A stretch of DNA of 64,000 nt from Octopus sinensis. Lineage: Eukaryota. This document shows, piece by piece, positions 12,270-23,945 of this stretch; within the stretch, counting starts at the first letter, position 1; every line of letters begins with the position of its first letter. The notes beneath the pieces are model-generated. The model searched no databases and was not told where the DNA came from. It was given only the letters and a program-made list of their open reading frames with translations. Location of the stretch: NCBI RefSeq assembly GCF_006345805.1, contig NC_043008.1, forward strand, positions 41,168,001 through 41,232,000, given 5' to 3'. The translations under genes and the position numbers were made by a program.

Positions 12270-12717
12270 TATATATATATATAATCACATATGACTATAA
12301 ATCTGGTATCTTTAATAAAATATGACACAGAATTCTCATAAGTGAAGAACTGCTGATCTTAGAACTTCATATTCTTTTTTAGAGATTACAATCAAATATA
12401 TTATCAGAAGATCATGACTAGAGATTTGTATATTCTTTTACTTCTATATAATTAAGGAAACGGTCTGTTATATATAAAGTGTTACGTAGTGCTATTCTAA
12501 TATTAATAAAAGAGAACACGAATGTTCAGTGAAACAGAGTGAATGTGATTGAGAGCGTCGAGGCTTTTCGCAACTGTTTCAAAGGTTAATCAAAATGTGG
12601 GATGTTACTAAGACAATCCAAATAATTTCAGTAGTTAATATTACTTATAATGCCTTTATACCTAAGTTGGTTCAGATAACACACACACTCACATAAACAC
12701 ACACACACACACTCACA

Positions 12718-12723
12718 CACATA

Positions 12724-12759
<36 letters not shown>

Positions 12760-12795
12760 ATATATATATACGTAATATGCATATATATATATATA

Positions 12796-12847
<52 letters not shown>

Positions 12848-12858
12848 CATATATATGC

Positions 12859-12933
<75 letters not shown>

Positions 12934-12951
12934 GCATATATATAATATGTA

Positions 12952-12984
<33 letters not shown>

Positions 12985-13016
12985 GTAATATATATATATA
13001 TATGTATATATATATG

Positions 13017-13084
<68 letters not shown>

Positions 13085-13096
13085 ATATATATATAC
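12718..13096. repeat. Long imperfect (TA)n microsatellite
   Basis: Direct reading. Confidence 0.95.
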
Positions 13097-13110
13097 ACAT
13101 ACACACACAC

Positions 13111-13790
13111 ACAGTGTGCGATGAATAAATTGTCGTTATAATTGCGCAAAAATGAAAATAGCGTTGTCATCTCATTTCAACAGGCATACTTACCAAAATT
13201 ACATAAAAATCTATCTTGAAATACTAAATTTATTCAATAACATTACCGTTGGCTTCAACGCAGACTCATACCGCTTCGGAATCTCCTGAGACTTTTCTGG
13301 GGGGGGGTCTCATTGATTAAGTTGGTGAATGCTGTCATAATCCTTGCTATCAGTTCCTCTTTGGTAAGACAAGGATTTTTGGTAGTCTCTCGCTCAACTG
13401 CGCACTACACATAATACTCAAAGCGGTTGCACTCTGGGGAGTTAGGTTACCAGATGTTATGGGTGATGCGGTCGCATAAATTGTCTGACCACCATGACTG
13501 GGATCTCCAGTTGAGTGGCAATAGGCAGAGTCCTGTTGCCAGATGTAGGTTCTTGTAGTCGCCACTCTCTTGATCCAGGGCAAACCCTATGGCCTCAAAG
13601 CGCTTGATGTTGGCCTCCGTATTGAGCGTGAGGCCGTGTGGGAAGGTGAATGAAGGCATAACGTCGCCATCACAATTGGACTCGTCCAACTCTTTCCGAA
13701 TCTTCTGCATTGTCCACTTGCAGAATGAATTCCGTTATGTCAATAAAAAAGAAAAGCAAACCATCCGCATTTCGCAAAATCAAAAATGTA
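13111..13790 (-). mobile_element. Tc1/mariner transposase remnant, maT (DD37D)-like, internally deleted
   Basis: GDVMPSFTFPHGLTLNTEA, PWIKRVA..R.YIWQQDSA.CH and SWWSDNLCDRITHNIW*PNSP.CN..EYYV across shifted frames. The WQQDSAPCH...WPPNSPDCNPLD spacing is typical of DD37D. Confidence 0.85.
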
Positions 13791-13821
13791 AAATAGAAAA
13801 CTTGTGCCCATTGCACACACA

Positions 13822-13851
<30 letters not shown>

Positions 13852-13857
<6 letters not shown>

Positions 13858-14997
13858 AGAAAATAGTAAAGTGTGAAAAACGACAGAAGGCTTAAATGTT
13901 AAAAATATATATATTTGTGTCAAAATGTCTGGAGAATATTGGAAAAATTTTTTTCCTTTCCTTAAAATGACAATTTTAAAATTTTAAAGAAATTACCGGT
14001 TTCGCGTGTAGCTTTTCAAATTTCTTGTGACGTTATGTTTATATTGCATGGAATTATCGTTGTTTTATTTCCAGGAGATTTCTAAATAAGGGGAGTAGTG
14101 AGTGATTTTTTCCGGTGTAGGGGAGATAATCGCTTAAAAATTTTTTTTTCCATTTCCTTGTTAATTTCTCTGTGTCAGTATGTTCGGATGGTTGAGTCTG
14201 GGTTTGTACTTTTCAATGAAGAATGTTTCCTTGTTCAGTCTCATTTGTTGATGATCCGAAAGCCCATTGGTAAAATGGGAAGATTAAAATTGGGCAGTAG
14301 TTGCTTTGCGCATTTCTCAATGTGCTCACTAAAAGGTATCATTCTATATTCTGGGAATGCAATCTGTTGTCGATGCAGTGTGCATCTGCGCCTGAGTGAT
14401 AGTCCGTGGAACCCACGTAGTCTTGGTGGCAGCCCGAGCATTTAATAACATAAATTATGTTTTCAGAGGCACAAGTAAGTTAGATTGTTTGATCTTAAAT
14501 TTCTGTCCCTCTTTAAAGAGGAATTCTGATCCTTCCAATAGGTTAGGACATGTTGCACAGTTCGATCTACCACATTTTTTTACTTTTGCATCCGTAATTT
14601 TAGAAGACAATTTTGCCTTTGTGAGAATCTTTTAAGTGATTTAGGCTGTTTGTAGCTTTTAATGATTTGGTGTATGTTTAGAATTTCCTTTAATTTTGGG
14701 TTTTTATGAAGTATTGGTAATTCTGGGTGATGATGGTGAAGGCTTCTTTGTTTCTGGGGTTGTATGTAGATGTAAGGTAGTATTTGGGGAAGGTGTGTTG
14801 TTGTGTTGAACTTTTCTTAAAGTTTCTATGTTGATTTCTGTTGCACGTCTGATCCCATCCTCTATGAGTTGAGCTGGGTATTAAGGAAAGGAAAAAACTT
14901 TTTCCAATATTCTCCAGAAATTTTGACACAAATATATATATTTTTTAACATTTAAGCCTTCTGTCGTTTTTTCACACTTTACTATTTTCTTATATAT
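13852..14997 (-). mobile_element. 5'-truncated Penelope-like element (linker + GIY-YIG endonuclease) with ~113-bp inverted terminal repeats
   Basis: YPAQLIEDGIRRA, STYNPRNKEAF, SYKQPKSLKKILTKAK, KCGRSNCATCP, IYVIKCSGCHQDYVG and LSLRRRCTLHRQQI across frameshifts. 13852-13965 is the reverse complement of 14881-14995. Confidence 0.9.
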
Positions 14998-15031
14998 TCA
15001 CCCACGTGCTTTACCAAACAAACTTTCTTTC

Positions 15032-15065
<34 letters not shown>

Positions 15066-15066
15066 A

Positions 15067-15734
15067 TTAACAATTAGGAACGGCCATAATAGGCCATTCA
15101 CCCACTAGAAATAACAGCCAAGCTTCTACCGCAAATAAAGATTAATTCCGTAAACAGGAGAAAATTAAAAAAAATTTACCCTGTAATTTCCTGTACGGTA
15201 TACCGTTTCATCCGCTGTTTAATGGTAAACTAACCTGATTAAATTAAATCAAGCCAATCTTCCATAAGCCCTCGGATTCTTCAGCAAGAAATAGCTCAAG
15301 TCGGAACAGATATTTACACGAGGCATACCCAATCTTGCCAAGGCAATATCTGACCTAAAATTTTCAAATCGTCGCACTCGCGCCAAATTTATCGGCAGCA
15401 AATAAATATCAGCCGTCGATTCCATTACGGAATTAACCAAAAAATTCATAATTAATCAATATAGGGTGGCAAGGAAAATTTGTAGAATTTTATTGCCACC
15501 AGCGCCCAGTGGGAAAAAATTAAATAGTCAATAGACCATTTTTAAGTTCAACATTAAAATTAAGGAACGGCCATAATAGGCCATTCACCCACTAGAAATA
15601 ACAGCCAAAGCTTCTACCGCAAATAAAGATTAATTCCGTAAACAGGAGAAAATTAAAAAAACATTTACCCTGTAATTTCCTGTACGGTATACCGTTTCAT
15701 CCGCTGTTTAATGGTAAACTAACCTGATTAAATT
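15067..15734 (-). mobile_element. Retrozyme-like tandem array, left arm (~1.4 units of ~488 bp)
   Basis: ggaacggccataatagg recurs at 15077 and 15564. The arm contains one full hammerhead (15186-15292) and a 3' half (15675-15734). Confidence 0.8.
15186..15292 (-). ncRNA. Type I hammerhead ribozyme (predicted), cleavage GUA| between 15194 and 15193
   Basis: Minus strand: AUUUCUUG-CUGAAGA-AUCCG-[58 nt]-CGGAU-GAAAC-GGUAUACC-GUA|CAGGAAAU. All core nucleotides and helices I, II and III are satisfied. Confidence 0.8.
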
Positions 15735-15913
15735 GATGTTGGCCTCCGTATTGAGTGTGAGGCCGTGTGGGAAGGTGAATGAAGGCATAACGTCGCCATC
15801 ACAATTGGACTCGTCCAACTCTTTCCGAATCTTCTGCATTGTCCACTTGCAGAATGAATTCCGTTATGTCAATAAAAAAGAAAAGCAAACCATCCGCATT
15901 TCGCAAAATCAAA
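15733..15913 (+). repeat. 181-bp copy of 13604-13784 (maT remnant) forming the palindrome spacer
   Basis: Identical by eye except one C/T substitution (gagcgtgag vs gagtgtgag). Confidence 0.9.
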
Positions 15914-15914
15914 T

Positions 15915-16627
15915 TACAGGAAATTACAGGGTAAATGTTTTTTTAATTTTCTCCTGTTTACGGAATTAATCTTTATTTGCGGTAGAAGCTTTGGCTGTTA
16001 TTTCTAGTGGGTGAATGGCCTATTATGGCCGTTCCTTAATTGTTAATGTTGAACTTAAAAATGGTCTATGACTATTTAATTTTTTCCCACTGGGCCGCTG
16101 GTGGCAAAACATTCTACAAAATTTCCCACCCTATATTGATTAATTATGAATTTTTGGTTAATCCGTAATGGAATCGACGGCTGATATTTATTTGCTGCCG
16201 ATAAATTTGGCGCGAGTGCGACGATTTGAAAATTTTAGGTCAGATATTGCCTTGGCAAGATTGGGTATGCCTCGTGTAAATATCTGTTCCGACTTGAGCT
16301 ATTTCTTGCTGAAGAATCCGAGGGCTTAGAAGATTGGCTTGATTTAATTAATCAGGTTAGTTTACCATTAAACAGCGGATGAAACGGTATACCGTACAGG
16401 AAATTACAGGGTAAATTTTTTTAATTTTCTCCTGTTTACGGAATAATCTTTATTTCGGTAGAAAGAAGCTTTGGCTGTTATTTCTAGTGGGTGAATGGCC
16501 TATTATGGCCGTTCCTTAATTGTTAATGTTGAACTTAAAAATGGTCTATGACTATTTAATTTTTCCACTGGGCGCTGGTGGCAATAAAATTCTACAAAAT
16601 TTTCCTTGCCACCCTATATTGATTAAT

Positions 16628-16630
<3 letters not shown>
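15915..16630 (+). mobile_element. Retrozyme-like tandem array, right arm (~1.5 units)
   Basis: Reverse complement of the left arm, with period ~480 (tattatggccgttcc at 16021 and 16501). It starts at (ta)caggaaat, the hammerhead cleavage site, and ends in (TA)n. Confidence 0.8.
16301..16404 (+). ncRNA. Type I hammerhead ribozyme (predicted), cleavage after 16396
   Basis: Helix I 16301-16308/16397-16404 (8 bp, one G-U), core CTGAAGA 16309-16315, helix II ATCCG 16316-16320/CGGAT 16376-16380, GAAA 16381-16384, helix III within palindrome ACGGTATACCGT 16384-16395, triplet GTA 16394-16396. Confidence 0.8.
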
Positions 16631-16684
<54 letters not shown>

Positions 16685-16701
16685 AGAGAGAGAGAGAGAG
16701 A

Positions 16702-16800
16702 TCTCTTTTACTCTTTTACATATTTCAGTCATTTGACTCTGGACATTCTGGAACACCGACTTTAGTTGAGTGAATACTTTACTTTGTAAGACTAGTACTT

Positions 16801-16806
<6 letters not shown>
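16702..16806 (-). mobile_element. SINE 3' tail fragment, diverged
   Basis: ctcttttac..tttcagtcatttgact..tagtacttattctat is the reverse complement of the SINE tail. Confidence 0.65.
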
Positions 16807-16839
<33 letters not shown>

Positions 16840-17509
16840 TTTGCTGAGGCAATCTGCGCAAAATATTTGTTCATGGTGAACATTTTATGTGCTCAATATT
16901 AGCTCGACACCCCATTAAATTGGAATTGCCTGCACTAATGTACAAGCGTACCACATGTAAGAATGATCATGAAGTGTTGTGCACAAAAAAAGAACGCACC
17001 AACCACTGTCTTGTGCATTCACACATGTGCGTACACACAGATATATAAAAAGAACTGCGAGTGTATGCTTGTGTGTGCATGTATGATTGTTTATCTGTGT
17101 GTGTATGTTAAGTATGTATCCACGTTAGATGCAATTTGTACTTACTGAACTTTGTTATAGTGACTAAAACAATTTTATAGAATTATCCTACCTCCTATCC
17201 ATCAGGATACATGGTCTTGCGGTTACAGCTGGATACATATTTTTAGCAAACTTGGAAAAATGTTCAAACATTTGTATATGTATTATACATGCACCCAGTG
17301 TTCGGTGACAGGATCGTGTTTCTATTAATATACATGCCTTGTCTTGTATATTTAGTGAATGCACAAACTTGCACGCTCGTATTTGGAATCCTTTAAGGGA
17401 TTTTGTTAAACAAAAGATTCCAGCAATCATTCCAGAAACAGTTCTGATACACACCGGCACACAAACACAAATATGCACACATATATGTGTATACATACAT
17501 GTGTACATC

Positions 17510-17553
<44 letters not shown>

Positions 17554-18911
17554 ATTTCCTATCTAAATTTAGGAGTGCGTCTAGCGAGTGAATCTTCTGT
17601 TTTCCCTGCATTATCTTTAAATATGGTTAATCATACACATACGTACAGACACACACACACACACACACACTACACACATATGCACACACAAACACATACT
17701 TTGTGCATACATATTTTCGCGTGTGCCTCTCTATATATGTAAAGACGCAGGTATGTGTATTTTTTCTATCTATCTATATATGTATATCTATCTATCTATC
17801 TATATATATATATATACATACATACATACACACACACACATACATACAGAAATATATATATATATATATATATATACATATTTGCAAGGAACAGGTTCAA
17901 ACGTTGTGAAGTGGAAATAATATAACTTGGAATACGACGGATCTAAGGGATTTATACGTTTATATCTTCTGCTAAAACATGTAATAATATATATATGTGT
18001 GTGTAAATATATGTATATATATATATATATATTATATATATATATATGCATACATAAAAACACACACCACACACATAAATCTATGTGTGTGTGTAACATT
18101 TGCAGTAAAAACTATGAAAGTACAAATCCACTTAGTTTTGTTGTAGTCAAAGCTATATTCTTTTCCCACTTATCCACATCAAAATGTTTCCAACTGACGC
18201 TGTTCACATTTTTTAAACCTTTAATTCTATCTTCTATCACATAAAATAATGAAATAACATCAACCATTCATAAAAAAGTAAAGAATATACATTCAACAAA
18301 ATCATTGATGAAATGCAAAATATCTAATTTATAAAAGACAGTAAACTTAAGCAAAAATTGTAGCCGGAAGGATTTCAAATTTCAGTTAATTTTTTTGCTC
18401 CTGTTTTCCTTTTCGATTCGCAGGGCAAAATCTTTTGACTCTGAGATTCTGATAGCTTATATTACTGACAATCACCTTCCGGCTATGCTCATGGGATTTC
18501 CTTAACGCTGTATTATTTTCTCATTTATACTGCTTTGTCGTTCTTGTTCCTACATATTTTTACAATTGGATACGATTTACATCTTCCTTTACTATATAAA
18601 ATAATCTGATTAAGAATATATACATACATGCATACATATGTGTGTGTATGTATGGATATTCGTATATATATATATATATATATATACTTGTGTCTGCTCG
18701 GTAGGATTTTAGTAAGTTTAAATATATGTTGTCATTCATATATAGGGCGTTAATTTTTTAAGAGCACTCCATTCCTTTTTTTCAATTATTTCATGTCACT
18801 AAATTGTACAGATTGGTTATCAGTTGACGTGTCTAAGTTCTTTCCTTCTTAGTGCTTTAATATGCTGACAAATCTTTATCAAGCGTGATCTTTGTTATTT
18901 TTTTACTAACA

Positions 18912-18948
<37 letters not shown>

Positions 18949-19059
18949 GCACACATATATACATATCTCTATACACACACACTTATATCCGTATATATAA
19001 CTATACATTCTTATCTATGTATGTATATATACATATAAAATTTAATAGAATGATATTAA

Positions 19060-19200
19060 AAAACCTGTGAATAATTTTCAAAACATTTATAAAGAGAAAG
19101 TCTTACAGCTGTTTCCGGGATATTTTATATATCCTTTCAATAATAATAGTTATTATAGAGAAGATATGAAATGCAGAGTGAAGTGTAGGAATGAAAACAG
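19060..19200 (-). mobile_element. PLE-type terminal repeat fragment (same family as 300-530), hammerhead core decayed
   Basis: Minus strand ttgaaaggatatataaaatatcccggaaacagctgtaagac. Confidence 0.5.
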
Positions 19201-20375
19201 ACGTGATATATATATATATATATATTAGATCCAAGGATCGAGTTGAAGGAAGAATGTTAGTTCAAACAATCCGTTGTAAATATAAAAAACAACCTTTCAG
19301 GGACAATAGTAGTTTATTGAGACGAAAGGTATTGGAAACTTTTCCTATCGAAGTTCGATAAATGTTTAAAAGTTCGGTTTACCTTTTACGGCAGGCAACC
19401 AGTGTTGCTGGGTATGTGTATATGAATGCATGAGTGAAGGAATTGAGTATATATCTCGAAGCACCAGATACAGAGATAGGGCAAGAAATACAAATATGGG
19501 GTTTACAACTGCACATTAAGATAGGCAATTAAATATGGAAAGGCTATATATATATGTCAATGAGAGTAAGACAAATGTACAGCTGTCCTACAGTAATCGC
19601 TAGTTACAATATACACCTGATTGGTGACGTTTAATTTTAATTTACACTTTGTAACATATGTAAATTTGACATTAGAATTATCTGCCTATATTTCAGTCAG
19701 GAACCTAATAGTTATCTCGAAATAGTCGTATGCACACTTAAGGAAAAACTCAAATATACACGCATACATATACTTATACATATCTATGTATATGTCTATT
19801 TGTGTATATGTGTGTGTTTGTGTATGTACGTATCTGTGTGCTTGTGCGTACGCCTTTGTGTGTGGACACTAATATGTGTCTATATACATGATATCTTGTC
19901 AAGGTGCATTTGTTCTCGAATTGTTATTAAACAATTACAATATATTGCACTACAGAGCAACATCTCACCTGTCCGAAAAATTAATAATGCGATCAATGTT
20001 GAATTCCAGGTAATTTTCAATTTCTTTAGCATATTTGTTTAATTGTTTGTTTATTTGTTGGTTTGTTATTCATAATAAAGGACGTACGTCACGTTCATCA
20101 TGTAATTTTATAATAACTGAAGTACGCTATGATTAATAAATCCACATAGATCATGACATTTGCAGATATGGTGATTATATTACTTGCTGATATTACAAAA
20201 TTATTACCATAGCTCAGTGTTGATATATACATCATGACATTTGTTGGTAAATTGAGGACGAGCATATTCCCGAGGGGTTGAAGAGCTACGTGATGCTGCA
20301 GAGTAAAACGTGCTGAGTTTAACACTTAACCAACGTAAATGTATACACTAAGATAACTGCAAAAAGAGCCTTGTA

Positions 20376-20537
20376 TTGGTTTGGCTACTAAATTCCCGCC
20401 GTTCCCGAACAAAATGTATTCCAAAAGGATTCAAAAATAGAATTCTCGAAGAAAAATAAATTCCAAAATTTAAAAACGCAATAAATTCCAAAATATTAGC
20501 AAAACAAAAAACGGCAGGAAATTAATTGCCAAGCCAA
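20376..20537. mobile_element. Mariner-type MITE
   Basis: TA|TTGGTTTGGC...GCCAAGCCAA|TA. 28-bp TIRs match at 23/28 and resemble mariner TIRs (TTGGGTTGGCAACTAAGTT type). Confidence 0.75.
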
Positions 20538-21984
20538 TATTCGAAACACGATATAATTTTAAGTAATATCAAAAACAGTATTAAATGCAATATAAAGGGA
20601 TACATCCAATGTCACAACAGTCATTTTCCTTTTTTAAATATTGTTACAGAAGAAACCAATAAAAATATAATTGTTGTATCTGAACTCTGAGTCAAACGAT
20701 AGAATTGACACCTTACATTAAATTGCAAGTAAGGCAAGTGATGCCTATAGATCACTTCTCAAGTTGGATTTATACAAAGAAAAGAATCAAAATAAATATA
20801 ATTGTAACAATGAAAATCAAGTTGTCCACAAATATTATATTCCTTAAAGCAATGAACATTAGTCGTTGAATGGATGTTGCGAAATTTTGCGTTTCAATAA
20901 AATCGTTTATTTTTTTCTAGAACAGTATATGGCACTATCATAAATATAAGTATGGCACTTTCTAAAGGAAATTGCCAAGGAAAAAGTGTGGAAACCATTA
21001 AAGAAAACGAGAATCTATTCACGTGCAACATAATACCTAATTTGTTGGTTATCTCAAAACATATTATCAAAGACAAGCCTCATGTATATCACTATGGCAA
21101 TTGTACATTACTTGACATTGCTATATTCAATTTCTATGACAGCATAGTAGCTATCAGCACAATAGTAAACGCTTCCTTCTCAAAACTGGATGACATCTGC
21201 AGAACAAAGTTTCAGAATATCTGCAGCGACAGAGCAAAATGCCCGCAGTGCTGAATTGAATATAGATATGTAAATAAAGAGTAAGGAAACTTCAGCGTTG
21301 TCGATCGAAATACTACAAATATCCTTCAGATTATACGCTATTGTCATGTGATTGACGTAGAAAGATAACGTTCGGCGATGATATTTTCAAAGCACCAACA
21401 AAATATTTGTTCTTACGAGTCTAATACATACGTATATTAAATACTTTATGAATGTAAAAGATAAGATATCAGACATTGGCCACGATAAACATTTAACGTA
21501 ATAATCAACAATATATGGAGATCACTAACATATATATATGTAAAAGAGAATTTTTTAAAATTCTTACTATACTGCAAAAAATTCTTTACATCTAATCAAA
21601 AGATTGTATCACAATGTCCTGGATTAGATCTTCTAAATGATATTTTGACAACACAAAGCTGGTCTGCTAGCAACTCAAATTCCCACTGAAAGTAAATGCC
21701 GTTTTATACGTATGACCGTCCAACTGACATAGAAGATTTCCTTATAAAAGATGTATCATTTTAGTAACTGTGTAAAACAGCAAATTTCATGATAACGTCA
21801 TTGTAATGGATATAATACTGCAAAATTACTTAACAATTACTGAGCACAGCTTGCACATATAAATACGTACAGAGATCTGACAGTAGATTGACATTATTTA
21901 CAATGACAATGTTTACGTCATTTTGCATGTAATTCGTACAAGTGTTACTATGAAAGATAGCCTCTAACAATAGACTGCAATATA

Positions 21985-22363
21985 TTCTGGGCCAGTGCTA
22001 CTCAAAGTGGCTCTTTTCTGTTGCCTGAAGTGCGGGAAACAGGGATTATGCTGATTTCCGCGCCGGTAACAACCAGACGAAAAACAGGCGACTCTGTGAA
22101 TGAGAGCCAGGAACTTCCGCCACGTTCAATTCCTGGCTGTGTCGTTTTCCCAAACGGAATGCTGAGAAGGAGCACGGAGTCATGCATTTCTGGGCCTGTG
22201 TTCCAAATTTACGGTGGTACCCAAAAGTTTCCTGTGAATTACGGGAGGCAGAGGGGCTCCGTGACCGGCTACCAAATTGATGCGATCGGCTGTTACTTCG
22301 ACGGGGGATACCAAACGATAGAGCTGTTATCTACTCTGTCAGGGCCTGGATCTGTGATGCCCG
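21985..22363 (-). mobile_element. Ty3/Gypsy LTR retrotransposon remnant (gag C-terminus + protease), CsRn1-like
   Basis: RSRSPS..(F)GYHRKFGTQAQKCMTPCSF (decayed Cx2Hx9Cx3C), SRLFFVW, then LVVTGAEISIIP (decayed LVDTGAE protease motif). Confidence 0.75.
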
Positions 22364-23632
22364 TCCGAGCTGAGATTCGAAACTGAAGCTAAGTAGTCAT
22401 GCTCGCCTGATCCACAACTGGCCGAACAGGGACAAAATAATCCTTAGATTCAGTTTCGAATCTCAGCTCGGAAAATGAAATGTTAGTTTTCACACGTCTT
22501 ATGTATCTATGTATAGTTATGAAGCGTGTTTATTGTTTAATTGATTCTTAAAGTACCCGATACTGATTTTATTCTGTACATTACAACGGGTTTTAATATA
22601 TTCATCACTCAATTTTTCTCTTGTGGTCTTGTGTTTTTCATATGTTTAATTGATCCGAAGTTATATTTTATTAGAAAGCTCTAATGTAAATTCATTACAT
22701 CACGTCTGCAATGTTTTTTCTCGTGTTTCTATTTCGCTAATAGATATCATTTAATTCATAGCAAACATTTAATTATTCTTCAGCATATTGATACTATTTA
22801 AATTTCAAAGTAGGTAGAGGTCACGCGTAAATAGCGATACATACGTTTCGATAAATAATGCACGTCTTATAAATATATATGTAACTGAATAAATATGGGG
22901 TTATTTAAATATGTTTCGTTAGTCTTTGAAAGAGATTTGATTTGATATGACCTTTCGACCATATATGTATGATACGAACTTTGCAAATTGTTTAAATTGC
23001 AAAATGCTTCTAAATATGTTTAGATTATAGTTAAACATCCTTTAAATAATGAATAATGTAAATTTCTTTTAATATATATCAACATGTTAATACGATATTC
23101 TTTCATTTCTAATCATTTAATTCATGTCTAGACGTTGCATAATTTCAGTACAAATTTTCAATAATCGGAAACAAATTAGAATAATCTTTTGTGTTTAATT
23201 ACCCTGAGGCATTTGTTCATTTCATATGGATTTCTAACATGGCTACAATGCTTCGTTGTTACTAGATGTGTGTAGTGGATTCAAACGAAAGCAGTATACA
23301 GTGAATATGTATTTTCTGAACGTCGGAAAGATTATAAGCAAATATGAGCCACGTTAGGATTCGATAGCAGGAAGTCGAATGAAGTAACTAAATATCGCAA
23401 AGCCAATATGTACAACGTTCTAGACATTCTTCTGTTTCATCACTATTGGTATCTTTCATGTTTTAACTATTTCAGTCATTGAACTGCCGCCATGCTGGGG
23501 CAACGTCTTGAATGATTTTAGTAATAATAAATCGACCACAGCACTTGGTAATGCTATCTTGTCCTTTTGCTGATCCGTTTAGTTCAGGAGACATAAATAG
23601 ACTAACACCAGTTGTAAAGAGCCGGCAGTGAG

Positions 23633-23668
<36 letters not shown>

Positions 23669-23739
23669 GTACAATTACATGTGTACAATTACATATGTAT
23701 ATGTATATATATATGAGTGTGTGTGTGTATGTGTGTGTG

Positions 23740-23945
23740 TGTTCGCACCCCCCCCCGAACTCATCCACATCGCTTGACAACCGATGCTGTTTTTTTTACG
23801 TCCCCGTAACTTAGCGGTTTGGCAAAATACACCAATAGAATAAGTGCTAGGCTTAAAAAGAATAAGTCCTGGGGTTTACTTGCTCCACTAAAGGCGGTGC
23901 TCCAGCATAGCCGCAGTCAAATAACTGAAACAAATAAAAGAGTAT
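23740..23945 (+). mobile_element. SINE 3' half
   Basis: gcttgacaaccgatgctg..cttagcggtttggcaaaa..gcggtgctccagcat..gaaacaaataaaagag. Confidence 0.85.

Noticed and set aside
12628-13170. Poly-YI/HT/CV ORFs here and throughout the window
   Set aside because: They are translations of (TA)n and (CA)n microsatellites.
15067-16630. CRISPR array or protein-coding interpretation of the tandem palindrome
   Set aside because: The units are ~485 bp with no repeat-spacer pattern, the context is eukaryotic, and the 66-aa ORF has no recognisable domain and is disrupted in the other copy.
17190-17450. ARIWNPL as a possible L2/CR1 C-terminus
   Set aside because: A single short motif with no other supporting residues.
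18361-18485. 11-bp inverted repeat TAGCCGGAAGG/CCTTCCGGCTA
   Set aside because: It is too short, does not extend, and has no second copy or clear TSD.
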